In this document: positions 22,431 through 33,762 of the stretch, piece by piece
Position numbering within the stretch: position 1 is the first letter of the stretch
How the letters are laid out: each line of letters starts with the position of its first letter
Source: Pristiophorus japonicus
Taxonomy: Eukaryota
Length of the DNA stretch: 64,000 nucleotides
Direction of reading: 5' to 3'
Assembly: GCF_044704955.1 (NCBI RefSeq)
Contig: NC_091980.1
Span: 78,554,001-78,618,000 of the forward strand
Translations under genes and position numbers: made by a program
The notes under the pieces: model-generated
Database searches by the model: none
The model's input: the letters and a program-made list of their open reading frames with translations, nothing else
Told to the model about the DNA's origin: nothing

Positions 22431-25400
22431 TGGGCTGTACCTGCCCTAGGTCATTAGCGGTGAACATTGACTGGGCTGTAGACTACTGACTTACATTTTA
22501 GACTTTTAACCAACTTTTAATTAACTATTAATCTACTTTTAAACTTTTAATCAACTTGAGAAACTTTTTAAACAATTTGGGAACATTTTTAAACTTTTAA
22601 ACAACTTGGAGAATTTTTCTTTTGAAACCTCCGGAGAACCTTTTAAATAACTTTGGAAAACTTTGGACGAAACTTTTAAAACATCCCTCGGAACTCCAAC
22701 GGAAAACTGACCTTCCTAATGCCTCAGGTCACCTACCATCAAGAGCGCTACTCGGCACCGGGCTTGCGGCCAACATCTCACCGTAGGCAATTAGGCTTAT
22801 ATAGCAGTGCCAGGTCTCCAGTTGCCTTGGATTCCCTTGCCACTGGACCAAGCTCTGTCAAGCCCATGTGGTTGCTGGTGTGCAGCGGCCACCCCGGCAA
22901 GTTCGGGACCTGGAAGAGCAACAGGCCGGAACACCGCACCACCATAGTCGCCCGGAAACTTAGACGCTTTGACATCGACATCGCCGCCCTAAGCGAGACC
23001 CGGTGGGCAGGGGAAGATCAGCTCAAGGAACAAGGTGGAGGTTGCACCTTTTTCTGGAAAGGAAAACCAGAGGAAGAACGCCGCCTTCACGAAATCGGCT
23101 TCGCCATCTAAAATGAGCTGGTCGACTGCCTCAAAGACTCCCTCTGCGGGGTTAACGAACGCCTCATGACTCTCCGACTCACTCTATCCCAATGCGCCAC
23201 AGTCATCAGTGCATAAGCCCCAACACTCGATGCAACGGATGAGACCAAAGAGGGTTTTTATACCAACCTCGAAATATCCCTGTCCTGCGTTCCCGTGAGC
23301 GACAAATTGATCCTCCTAGGTGACGTCAACGCCAGGGTCGGCAAAGACACAGCCCTCTGGGGAGGAGTGATTGGTAGGGAAAGCCAACTCCAGCGGTACC
23401 CTACTCCTGATAAAATGTCTAGAACATGAACTCCTCATCACCAACACCCTGTTCCACCAGAGGGACAAATACAAGGCATCGTGGAAACACCCTCGTTCCA
23501 AACACTGGCACCTGCTTTACTATGTCATCATCCTAGCCAGGGATCGCAAGGATGTGCGCATCACCCGTGCCATGACAGGAGCTGACGACTGCTGGACGGA
23601 CCACCACCTAATCTGATCCATCATTGACATTAACATAGCCCCAAAGCAGAGGAGACAGCAGAAGCAGTGTCGCAAAAACGTCAATTCCGGGGCACTTAAA
23701 GACCCAGCTAAGAGAGTCCTATTCAGCCAGTGCCTCACAGCTAACCTGGCATGCCTTGATGACCCTGAGATGCTGAATGCCCACAGCCCTTGGTCTGTTT
23801 TCCAGGCCTCTATAACCAGTGCCTGTGAAGAGACACTTGGTCACTCAACCAGAAAATACCAGGACTGGTTTGATGAGAATGATCAGGCGATCCAAGAACT
23901 AATAGATCGCAAGCGCAGAACATTTCTGAGCCTCAAGCAACAACCCAACACGGGAGCAGCAAAGCAACATTACAGGCGGCTCAAGGCTGAGGTCCAACAA
24001 AAAACCCTGGACCTAAAGAACAGGTGGTGGATGGAGAAAGCACAGGACTTACAACAACTGGTCGACAGCCACGATATGCGAGGATTCTTCATCGCAGTCA
24101 AGGCCACCTATAGCCCAAACACCCAAGGCCCCACCCTACTGCTGGCCAAGAACAGGGAAACACTCATCAAGGACACAGAGGCTGTCGGGGCCTGCTGGAA
24201 GGAGCACTTCGAAGATCTCCTCAATTGAGACTCTGCCTTTGACTCGAGTGTTTTCGATTCCATCCCGCAGCATGCAACCCGCCACCACCTCAGTGAAACC
24301 CCAATGTTCCATGAGGTAGGAAAAGCCATAAAACAGCTCAAGAACAACAAGGCTACGGGAGCGGATGAAATCTCTGCTGAGGCGCTAAAGTATGGTGGAG
24401 AGGCGCTGTTGGCGTGGATACACGACCTCATCTCTCTCATGTGGAGGGAGGAGAGCATGCTGGGAGATCTCAGAGATGCAGTGATCATGACCATCCTTAA
24501 AAAAGGGGACAAGTCCGACTGCGGCAACTACAGGAGAATCTCCCTGCTATCAGCCACTGGGAAAGTTGTCGCTAGAGTTCTCCTCAACTGTCTTCTCCCT
24601 GTGGCCGAGGAGCTCCTCCCAGAGTCACAGTGCAGATTTCGTCCCCTATGGGGCACAACGGACATGATCTTTGCAGCGCGACAGCTGCAGGAAAAATGCA
24701 GGGAGGAGGTCCAGCCCTTATACATGGCTTTCTTCGACCTTACAAAGGCCTTTGACACTGTCAACCATGAGGGTCTATGGAGTGTCCTCCTCTGTTTTGG
24801 ATGCCCCCAAAAGTTTGTCAACATCCTTCGCCTGTTCCATGACGACATGCAGGCCGTGATCCTTACCAACGGATCCATCACAGACCCAATCCACGTCTGG
24901 ACCGGGGTCAAACAGGGCTGTGTCATCGCTCCAACCCTCTTCTCAATCTTCCTCGATGCCATGCTCCACCTCACAGTTAACAAGCTCCCCCGCTGGAGTG
25001 GAACTAAACTACAGAACCAGTGGGAAGCTGATTAACCTACGCTGCCTCCAGGCCAGGTCCAAGATTATCCCAACCTCTGTCCGTGAGCTACAGTATGCAG
25101 ACGACATCTGCGTCTGCGCATATTCTGAGGCTGATCTCCAGAATATAGTCGATGTATTCACTGAGGCATATGAAAGCATCCGTAAGACAAAGGTCCTCCA
25201 CCAGCCTGTCCTCGCCGCACAGCACTGGCCCCCAGTCATCAAGATCCATGGCGCGGCCCTTGACATCGTGAAACATTTCCCATACCTCGGGAGCCTCTTG
25301 TCAACAAAAGCAGACATTGATGTGGAGATTCAACACCGCCTCCAGTGCGCCAGTGCAGCCTTCGGCCACCTGTGGAAAAGAGTGTTCGAAGACCAGGCCC

Positions 25401-26080
25401 TCAAATCTACCACCAAGTTCATGGTCTTTAGGGCTGTAGTAATACTCGCCCTCCTGTATTGATCAGAGGCATGGACGATGTACAGAAGACACTTCAAGTT
25501 GCTGGAGGTATATCACCAATAAGGTCTCTGCAAATTTCAGTAAATCCCCTGGGAGGACAGGCGCACCAACATCAGTGTCCTCGTCCAGGCTAACATCCTC
25601 AGCATTGAAGCACTGACCACACTCAATCAGTTTCGCTGAGCAGGTCACATAATTTGCATGCCAGACACGAAACTGCCAAAGCAAGTGCTCTATGCGGAGC
25701 TCCTTCACGGCAAACGAGCCAAAGGTGGGCAGCGGAAACGTTACAAGGACACCCTCAAAGCCTCCCTGATAAAGTGCGACATCACCACTGACACCTGGGA
25801 GTCCCTGGCCAAAGACCGTCCTAAGTAGAGAAAGTGCATCTGGGAGGGCATTGTGCACTTGGAGTTTCAACACCGAGATTGTGCAGAGGTCAAACGCAGG
25901 CAGCGGAAGGAGCGTGCGGCAAGCCAGTCCCACCCACTCCTTCCCTCGACGAATGTCTGTCCCACCTGTGACAGGATCTGTGGCTCTCGTATTGGACTGT
26001 GCGGCCACCAAAGAACTCACTTCAGGAGTGGAAGCAAGTCTTCCTCGATTCCGATGGACTGCCTATGATGATGATGATGA
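22061..26080 (+). mobile_element. Near-full-length RTE LINE with a ~740-bp 5' extension, bounded by a 10-bp TSD
   Basis: TSD GTCATGAATC at 22051-22060 and 26081-26090; endonuclease (AALSETR, TFFWKG), RT (FFDLTKAFDTV, GVKQGC, QYADD), C2H2 finger; (TGA)n tail; many stops. Confidence 0.95.
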
Positions 26081-26571
26081 GTCATGAATCAGGGCTGCAG
26101 ACAGTAGCCTTGGTCTCCGAGAAGCTGACCTTTCATCTCTTATATTTCTTTCAGAGTCAAGTAACAGGGTGGGTGCGGGGGATGGTCGATTGTTGTAAAA
26201 TGAAGGCATCATGGCTACAGCTGAGAATGTATGATCCTGTACAGATGATCACAGACAAGTTATAAAGTCATGACTGAATAGGCTTCAAAAGAAATTCCCT
26301 CACCACAAAAAAAAAATCAGTTCAAAATTTGCAGACTGTCTCATTAAATCCATTTATTTTCAAAGGCAGAGCTGAGGAGCTCTGGGTGTCCTCACTTTAC
26401 ACGGGAAAAGTTAAGATTGAGGGCACTTCTGGCATTAAGGTCTGGAAATTTTGCCTCATCCAAATGACATCACCTCTGCCTGATTAACATTTTCAAACGG
26501 AGCTGCCTCCTATTTCTGATCGAAACTTCCTGCAGTGGACATTTGCTCCACTGAGAAGGCACATCACATAC

Positions 26572-26701
26572 ACAAGCAAAATACTGCGGATGCTGGAAAT
26601 CTGAAACAAAAACAGAAATTGGTGAAAATAATCAGCGGGTCAGGCAGCATCTGTGGAGAGAAACAGAGTTAACGTTTCAGGTCGATGACCCTTCGTCAGA
26701 A
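26572..26701 (-). mobile_element. Penelope-like terminal repeat fragment
   Basis: Same sequence recurs inverted at 27283-27391 and as a hairpin-like copy at 28716-28833; contains a hammerhead core. Confidence 0.7.
26665..26700 (-). ncRNA. Minimal hammerhead ribozyme core (helix I 5' strand truncated)
   Basis: Minus strand: CUGACGA-AGGGUC-AUC-GACCU-GAAAC-GUUA, i.e. CUGANGA, helix II, GAAA and a short palindromic helix III. Confidence 0.65.
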
Positions 26702-27002
26702 TGAGGCACATCATATACATTGTGGGTGCTCTGCTGGGCTACTGCTGATCTAAAAGCTGACAATGGAGCCTCCTACATAGGTTATAATTCATCACTGAGC
26801 ATCTTTAGGGACTGATGTCGACATCAGTAAAAAATAGAGTTTTTGTGACGATTCCTATTTTTCTACCAGCTTTTCCTGCTACCTTTACCAATTGTTTAGC
26901 TCAGTGTAGATTGCATGCAATTTCAAAAAGCTGAAGGCTTGCTTGCTTAGAAATTAGATGTGGGCAGCAACAATGTCACAACTTCTGAAGACAATTGATC
27001 TG

Positions 27003-27280
27003 TGTAAGATCCCAGTGGGACTCTGGTTTCAAATGATTCGAAGTTGACCCATATTAGTGACAGTGATTTAACTTTATTCAGCACAAGCAAGACTTAATAC
27101 AATACAGTATTCGAGCAGCAGTTTACAGAGTAAAATTGAGACTTATATTACCACTTAGATACTGAGTAGAAGCCGCAATCACGAGTAAGCTGCACCTTGT
27201 GTCTCTTGTCTCACATCTCTCCTCGTCTCCCGGGTGTCTCCTTGATTCTTTCTGTAATCTTCTACTCCTGAAATTTGTAG
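27003..27280 (-). repeat. Possible LTR fragment (U5 end)
   Basis: Begins TGTAAGAT like the ERV LTR at 12441; minus-strand AATAAA at ~27074; no partner found. Confidence 0.3.
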
Positions 27281-27282
27281 GA

Positions 27283-27391
27283 GAAAAGTTAACTCTGTTT
27301 CTCTCTCCACAGATGCTGCCTGAACTGCTGAGTATGGCCAGCATTTTCTGTTTTTATTTCAGATTTCCAGCATCTGCAATATTTTGCTTTT
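27283..27391 (+). mobile_element. Penelope-like terminal repeat fragment, inverted relative to 26572-26701
   Basis: GTTAACTCTGTTTCTCTC…CACAGATGCTGCCTGA…TTTCAGATTTCCAGCATC. Confidence 0.7.
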
Positions 27392-27439
27392 TTTTGTGTG
27401 TATAGGATGTGCCTTCTCAGTGGGGCAAATGACCATTGT

Positions 27440-28700
27440 AGGAAATTTGTGGCTGTTAAAACTCCTTTCTTATACCCTTACTCTCATTCAAACCTATGCA
27501 ACTGCAGTTAATGACCGCTGGAAATGGCGCAACGCTAACCGAGTGAACATGGTCTGGGGTGCATGGAGATGGGTGGTGTGGTGTTCACCTTCCGTGCAAC
27601 GTTATCCTGGCGGCGTTGCTGGAGGGATCCGGGAGGAAGTTGCCATCTCAGTCCGGCATTGCAGCTTCCCACAGCCTTATGAGCAAAGCTGTGGAGCTCG
27701 CAAAGAATTGTGGGCAATGAAGAGGTCTGAGAATTAAAGGGACCATGCCCATTGAAGCAATTAAAGAATAAAATGGAGTGAATCAATACATTTTTCAACT
27801 CTTTCTGCCTTTTGAGAAATATTGAATGTTTAAAAGAAGTTCCAAATATCCTTCCTAACCTCAACAAATTGGAATACTGCCTCATCAATAACACAGATGG
27901 CTCAGCAAGCCAGGGAAGGGGCACCAAGACTCTCACACACAGCACTGCAGCTTTGTGCAGGGGGTCCATACTGCAAGAGAGGTCCTCTATCCACAGGGGC
28001 CGGGAGGCCCTCCTGAAAGAATGACGTGGGAGTACATCACCGAGGCCATCACTGCCAGCAGTGTCGCCCCCACCACTTGGCTCCAGAGCCCAAAGAAGCT
28101 TCATGACCTCAGACCACTGGTCAAGGTTAGTGAATGCATCTTCAAAAGCCGCCTCCTACCAATAGCACCACTAGCCTCACACACTTCTCAATGCACAATC
28201 CCCAATCATTCACCTAACAACAATCTGCACCAATGATGAGACACATCTTCCATTCCTAGCCTCACTCCCTTGGACAGAGGCAGTGCAGGCCATTCTTAGT
28301 AGGGGCATGGTTGAGCCCTTGCACAGTGGTGGGGCTGAAAGGACACAGGATGTGGGTATCCTCATACATTATCCTCCTTCTGGCATGCACCTCTAGGTTT
28401 TCTGTCCTCCCGTCAGCTCCCCCCTTGGGCCTTTCTCATTTCACACATCCAAGAAATGCAGCCTGCCAAGCCAGTAGTTCAACAAGAAGAGGCAGCCTGC
28501 CCAGCCAATAGTTTAACAAGAAGAGGCAGCCTGCCCAGCCAGTGGAACCACAGGTAGATGGTTCCATCCCGGATATCCCAGCCACAAACGGGCTGTCTGG
28601 AATGCATGCTTCTGACTGATTCCTCCTCTTCTGATTCCTCCTCTTATGATTCCTCCTCTTCTGTGTCTTCTTCTACCCTCTGCAAGTGGATGCTGTAAAT
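27440..28700 (+). mobile_element. Internally deleted Harbinger relic with Myb/SANT exon 1
   Basis: ATGGCTCAG at ~27897; WEYITEAITASSVAPTTWLQSPKKLHDL followed by AAG|GTTAGT donor; acidic (GATTCCTCCTCTTCT)x3 antisense tail at ~28617-28662. Confidence 0.6.
28458..28545 (+). repeat. 34-bp tandem repeat, about 2.5 copies
   Basis: GCAGCCTGCC(A/C)AGCCA…AACAAGAAGAG repeated. Confidence 0.8.
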
Positions 28701-28715
28701 GTGAAATGACTGTAT

Positions 28716-28833
28716 AAAATGCTGGAAATACTCAGTTGGTCAGGCAGCATGTCGACCTGAGACGTGAACTCTGATTTTCTCTTCATGGATGTTGCGTGAC
28801 CTGCTGAGTGTTCACAGCATTTTCTGTCTTTTC
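28716..28833. repeat. Head-to-head Penelope-like terminus pair (imperfect palindrome)
   Basis: AAAATGCTG…CTCAG…GGTCA versus TGACC…CTGAG…CAGCATTTT; central degenerate GTCGACCTGAGACGT. Confidence 0.65.
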
Positions 28834-29319
28834 AATGGCCTTCATTTACCAACTGAGCCCTTGCAAGCATCCAGCAGCACTCCCTATACATTAAAAAACT
28901 TTCACATCTATTGCAGCAAGGCACCATTTCAATATAATTTTTCAAAACCAGTACAAACCCTTAAATTCAAATTTACCTGAATGATGTATGTGTCCGTTTA
29001 AGAGCTGTAGCCATCATCACTGTCAGGCTGCTTGCATGCCAGGTTTACCTGGCATGCTTATGGCCCAGTGCTGCTTTCAGTGCTAGGGTCGAAGTTCGCG
29101 TTGGTGATGTTAAGTCGGCATTGACGTCACCATGCCACCATTTGATTTCCAGGGTGCTGCCAGTTACTGGCAGTGCAAAGGGCGAGAGCAATATGGCAGC
29201 TGCCACAGGACCCACCATTAGCTGGTGAAAGAGTGGTGGCCTCCATTTTATTGCCATTTCATCGTCCTATAGAGTGGCACTCAACAGATGAATTTCTAGC
29301 CCCAGGAATCCTCCTGAAC

Positions 29320-29440
29320 CATCATCATAGGCAGTCCACTCTAAAAATGAGTTCTTAGGTAACTGAACAGTCCAATACAGGAATTAAAGTCTCTGTCACA
29401 GGTGGGACAGACCCCCATTGAGGGAAAGGGTGGGTGGGAC
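29320..29440 (-). mobile_element. RTE 3' tail fragment
   Basis: CATCATCATAGGCAGTCC…CTGTCACAGGTGGGACAGAC, as in the RTE at 17239. Confidence 0.8.
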
Positions 29441-29913
29441 CAATTATGGGCTGACACCCAAACCCAAAATCCAATCTTAAAGATGCCACATTTGTAGCAC
29501 CCTGGTTCACATAACGTTTAGTCTGGTGACACTCTTATATCACGTGTTTTTGACCATCTGGGAAAGTTATGGCAATACAAAAGGAATATGTCTCCATAGG
29601 TTGAAATACAGCTCTTGTCCTTTGTTTTCTAATTCACTGCGTGTTATGTAATGATGTGTGTATCGTCCCAGTACCTTAAATGTAATGTAAGTACTATGCC
29701 ACACCACAGAGGGCGCTGCGGTGGGAAACCCTGGTAGTGCCTGTAACAAGGACTATATAAGGGTGATCACCACACCTGGGAGGCACTCTGGAGCTGAACA
29801 ATAAAGGACGAAGGTCACAGCAGTTAGACTTACACCAGACTGTGTGGAGTCAGTGATTTGTGTGCTACATACACCACATTGGCAACGAGGAAGCGGATGA
29901 ACTCCACGCAACC

Positions 29914-31380
29914 ATAGCTACTCTGGGCTCGCTAAAGGATTTTACCATGGGCAATGATTGGGAGGCCTTTACGGAAAGGCTCGAGTACTACTTCACAGCA
30001 AAGGACCTGACGGAGGACACATACGCAATGAGAGAGAAGCGTAAGGCGATATTGCTCTCCAGTTGTGGAGATGAGGTTTACTGTCTCGTCAGGGATTTGC
30101 TGGCACCTGGGAGCGCCAGGGAAAAGTCATACGAGGAGCTGACTGAACTCATTCGTGACCAGTTGAAACCGAAGGAGAGCATCCTCACGGCCAGATACAA
30201 ATTTTACCATCACTGCAGACCTGAGGGCCAGGATATCACCAAATATGCTGCGGACCTCAGGAGACTCGCGGCGCCGTGTGATTTTGGGGCACACCTTGAC
30301 GAGGCTTTGCGGGACGTTTTCGTTATGGGGATTGGCCACGAGGGCCTCCTTCACAAGCTGCTGGCCACAGTCACTCTGACAAAGGCCATCACCATCAGCG
30401 GGGCATATATGACCTCGACTTACAGCACCAAACAAATAATCCACACAGTCTCGAACCCGGCAGGCACTATCCACAGGATAGCACCCACCATGGACAAAAC
30501 TGCAGAACGTGGCTCTGCCCGGGGCAGAGAGCACGGACCTCGGGATCCTGGAGCTCAGAGTCCGCCGAGGGGGGCCAATCAAACAGCACCATGCTGGCGC
30601 TGTGGAGGAAGCCATGGGGCTCACTGGTGCAAGTTTGCAGAGTACACGTGCAATACCTGCCACGTTAAAGGCCACCTTCAGCGTATGTGTAAAAGAAATC
30701 AGACTCACCATGTGGCTGAGGAGATGGGGGATGATCCACTGTTCAGCGAGGAGCAGGTAGAAGAAGATGAGGTGCTTGGACTGTATACGTGTACCGACGA
30801 TTCGCCCCCAGTGATAAGGGAAGTAAAAATCAACGGAGTCCCAGTGAGTATGGAAATGGACACAGGCTCGGGTCCGTCATTGATGAGTCAGAGAACTTTT
30901 GATAAACTGTGGACTAACCCAGCTGCATGACCCAAGCTGGTCCCGATCACGGCGAAGCTGCATACCTACACCAGGGAACGGATACCTGTTCTCGGCAGAG
31001 CGATGGTGCAGGTGTCCCACCGGGACGAGACGCACGCTTTACCTCTGTGGGTTGTTGCAGGTGATGGGCCGACGCTCCTTGGCCGGAGGTGGATGGGGAC
31101 GGTCCGTGGGAGCTGGGAAGACTTCATTCCTCCACAGGCTGCTGCTCCCCGGGGTGCTGCCGTGCCCCAGGTCCCCAGAGAGCAGCGCCGACCGAGCTGG
31201 AGCTGCAGCCTCAATCCCCCCACAGGCAAGTCCCAGGCCCAGACCTCACACAGAGACCCTGCAGCCTCAATCCTCCCACAGGCAAGTCCCAGGCCCGGAT
31301 CTCACACAGAGACCCTGCAGCCCCAGCCCCCACAGGCAAGCAGCCCTGCACAGAGGGGCCCAAGGGGGGGTGGGGGTTGA
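29914..31380 (+). pseudogene. gag: gag-protease reading frame (start ATG>ATA; single internal TGA at 30928)
   Basis: DWEAFTERLEYYF, CWRCGGSH…C, CNTCHVKGHLQRMC, MDTGS; frame continues in phase through LLGRRWM to 31380. Confidence 0.88.
31203..31345 (+). repeat. 56-bp tandem repeat, about 2.5 copies, in the GC-rich 3' part of the element
   Basis: CTGCAGCC…CCACAGGCAAG at 31203, 31259 and 31315. Confidence 0.85.
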
Positions 31381-33114
31381 GCCGGCAGGGCGCTGCGGGC
31401 GGGGTGCTGAGGGATCCAGAGGCCGGCGGTTCGGAAGGGCTCCACAGAGGAGCTGGTAGCGTCGGTCGGCGGCCATGGCAGCCGCAGGGAAGGCCGCTAC
31501 GGAGGCCGCGGGGGGACGCGGCAAGTGCGGCCGCTGGAGAGGCCACAACGGCCGCAGGAGAGGCGACAAGTCAGGTGGCAGAGGAGGGGAGCAGAGGCTG
31601 TGATGGCGGAGGGCATTCGGAGCGGCGGAGAAGAAGATGGCGGCGGCATCGTGTCGGAGCTGCAGAGCATCAAAGATGGCAGCGCCCAAGGAGAAGCCTC
31701 GTGGAATCCTCCTGCATCAAAGATGGCGCCTTAAAGAGGAAATGCACCCGGGAGTCTTAAAAGGGCCTTACAAAGAGGTGGTCCCCACAAAGGACTTCTG
31801 TTAGGCAGAGCGAGTCTAAAATGAGCAATGTTAACGTGAGATAGTGAATTTATAATAAGAATTACCTTTTTTATGCTGAATAGCCACTGTATTTGTGTAA
31901 AATAATGGATGAAGTACAATTAATGATAGCGGCTAACAAGGAAATCAAGGTTCCGCTACCAGTTAATGTACCAGATAATATGTACCATACTAACGCACTG
32001 TCTATGCCCACCTGCCTTCCGTTGGACAAGTGTGATGTTATGTAATGATGTGTGTATCGTTGTCCTGCGTCCAGGTGTGGGGGGGGAAGGTGATGTTATG
32101 CAATGATGTGTGTATCGTCCCAGTATCTTAAATGTAATGTAAGTACTATGCCACACCACAGAGGGCGCTGCAGTGGGAAACCCTGGTAGTGCCTGTAACA
32201 AGGACTATATAAGGGTGACCACCACACCTGGGAGGCACTTTGGAGCTGAACAATAAAGGACGAAGGTCACAGCATTTAGACTTACACCAGACCGTGTGGA
32301 GTCAGTGATTTGTGTGCTACATACACCACATTACTACGGATATTGTAACAATCCAGCAGAATGGTAACTGCACCTCGCCTTGGTTCCCAGGCTAACTGCA
32401 GTCTATTTGATCATGGCAATCTCTTTCTCACCCCACGTTATCTGGTTACAGCCTTATGCACAGAATTTTAAGCATAAAAAAAGGGTTACGTGTTGTACAT
32501 AATTCAGGTTATCATTGCATGCAGTTGATGATTACAAACTTTTACATTTAATCCTTGCACATGATTATAGATCTATTATTAATGATTATAAGAGATTAAT
32601 GGTTATAAGATATCAAAACAAGTATTCAACAAACCCAACTAACATGTAATTCATAACAATCTTACAGTCTCTGCCTCTTACCTCAGTCTCTGGAATTCCA
32701 TTAATTCTCTCAGCTTTTCTCACATAATATTTGGTCAAGCAGGCTTCTTTTTTCCATTATAAAATCTAATCGAGTCTACCCAAAGCATATTACACTAGGT
32801 TAAAAGCATGGTTATTCAATAATCGGCGTGCATTGACTAACAGTTACATAATACAAATGTAAACCTACAACTAATAATGTTTATTTCATTTTGTCCATGT
32901 TCGCTAGTCAGAATCTGAAATGAAGCTTTCTCAGCATTATTACATCTGTTGGAACTGTTTCAGAAAGGCAGATAAGTAATAGTACACAACAAAAGAAATA
33001 GTTTAAAATTCAGAGATGAAGAAAAAGAATTGTATTATTTCTAAAATTATTCCCTGCTCCCTATTTCTTGGTTATTAGTCTCCATTTTTTACCTCCTATC
33101 ATCCAATACACTCT

Positions 33115-33582
33115 GGTGGGATACTCTCCACTTGCCTGGACGAGTGCTTAACACCATCCAGGACAAAGCAGCCCGCTTGATTGGCACCCCATCCACCACC
33201 TTAAACATTCACTCCCTCCATCACCGATGTACCGTGGCTGCAGTGTGTACCATCTACAAGATGCATTGCAGCAACTCGCCAAGGCTACTTCGACAGCACC
33301 TCCCAAACCCGGAACCACTACCACCTAGAAGGACAAGGTCAGCTGGCGCATGGGAGCATCATCACCTGAAAGTTCTCCTTCCAGTCACATACCATCCTGA
33401 CTTGGAAATATAGTCATTCCTTCATTGTCGCTGGGTCAAAATCCTGGAATTTCCTCCCTAACTGCACTGTGGGAGTACCTTCACCATGCGGACAGTAGCG
33501 CACCACCATCTTCTCAAGAGCAACTAGGGATGGGCAATAAATTCTGGCCTTGCCAGCGACGCCCACATCCCAGAAATGAATT
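33115..33582 (+). mobile_element. LINE 3' end (CR1/L2 group) with GGGCAATAAA…CCCACATCCC tail
   Basis: ORF IQDKAARLIG…IHSLHHR; the same tail occurs on minus at ~51640 and ~54925. Confidence 0.75.
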
Positions 33583-33649
33583 GTTAAAATTCCTAAACCA
33601 CGAGGATGGTCAGCTAACTTAATCCCACATCCCTACCAATTTACCTCTG

Positions 33650-33762
33650 AAAGAAAAGAAAGACTTGCATTTATATAATGCCTTTCATGACCACCGGATG
33701 TCCCAAAGCAGCTTGCAGCCAATTAAGCAAATTTTTTTGAAGTGTAGTCACTGTTGTAATTT
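33650..33762 (-). mobile_element. SINE/L2-type 3' tail fragment
   Basis: GACTTGCATTTATATA…CCCAAAGC, the reverse complement of the L2-type tail seen at ~36780-36825. Confidence 0.6.

Larger units (their letters stand above)
21860..26470 (-). pseudogene. Harbinger transposase relic split by an RTE insertion
   Basis: 26250-26090 reads SCSHDAFILQQSTIP…LLGDQGYCLQP*FMT; 22050-21937 continues to TVGMLKTRYRCLDR; both match motifs in the 55210-56013 ORF. Confidence 0.8.
29642..32330 (+). mobile_element. Non-autonomous Gypsy-derived LTR element: gag + protease only, no RT/RNase H/integrase
   Basis: 237-bp LTRs at 29642-29878 and 32094-32330 (TG…CA, TATATAA, AATAAA); PBS TGGCAACGAGG at 29880; PPT G-run before 32094. 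Confidence 0.93.

Noticed and set aside
31089-31760. 223-aa and overlapping ORFs as a captured gene
   Set aside because: Very GC-rich low-complexity sequence is open in several frames on both strands, and no domain was recognised.
29634-32338. 8-bp TSD TCACTGCG/TTACTACG around the gag-only element
   Set aside because: Two mismatches in 8 bp is too many given ~3% LTR divergence, and Gypsy TSDs are usually 4-5 bp. No clean TSD is called.
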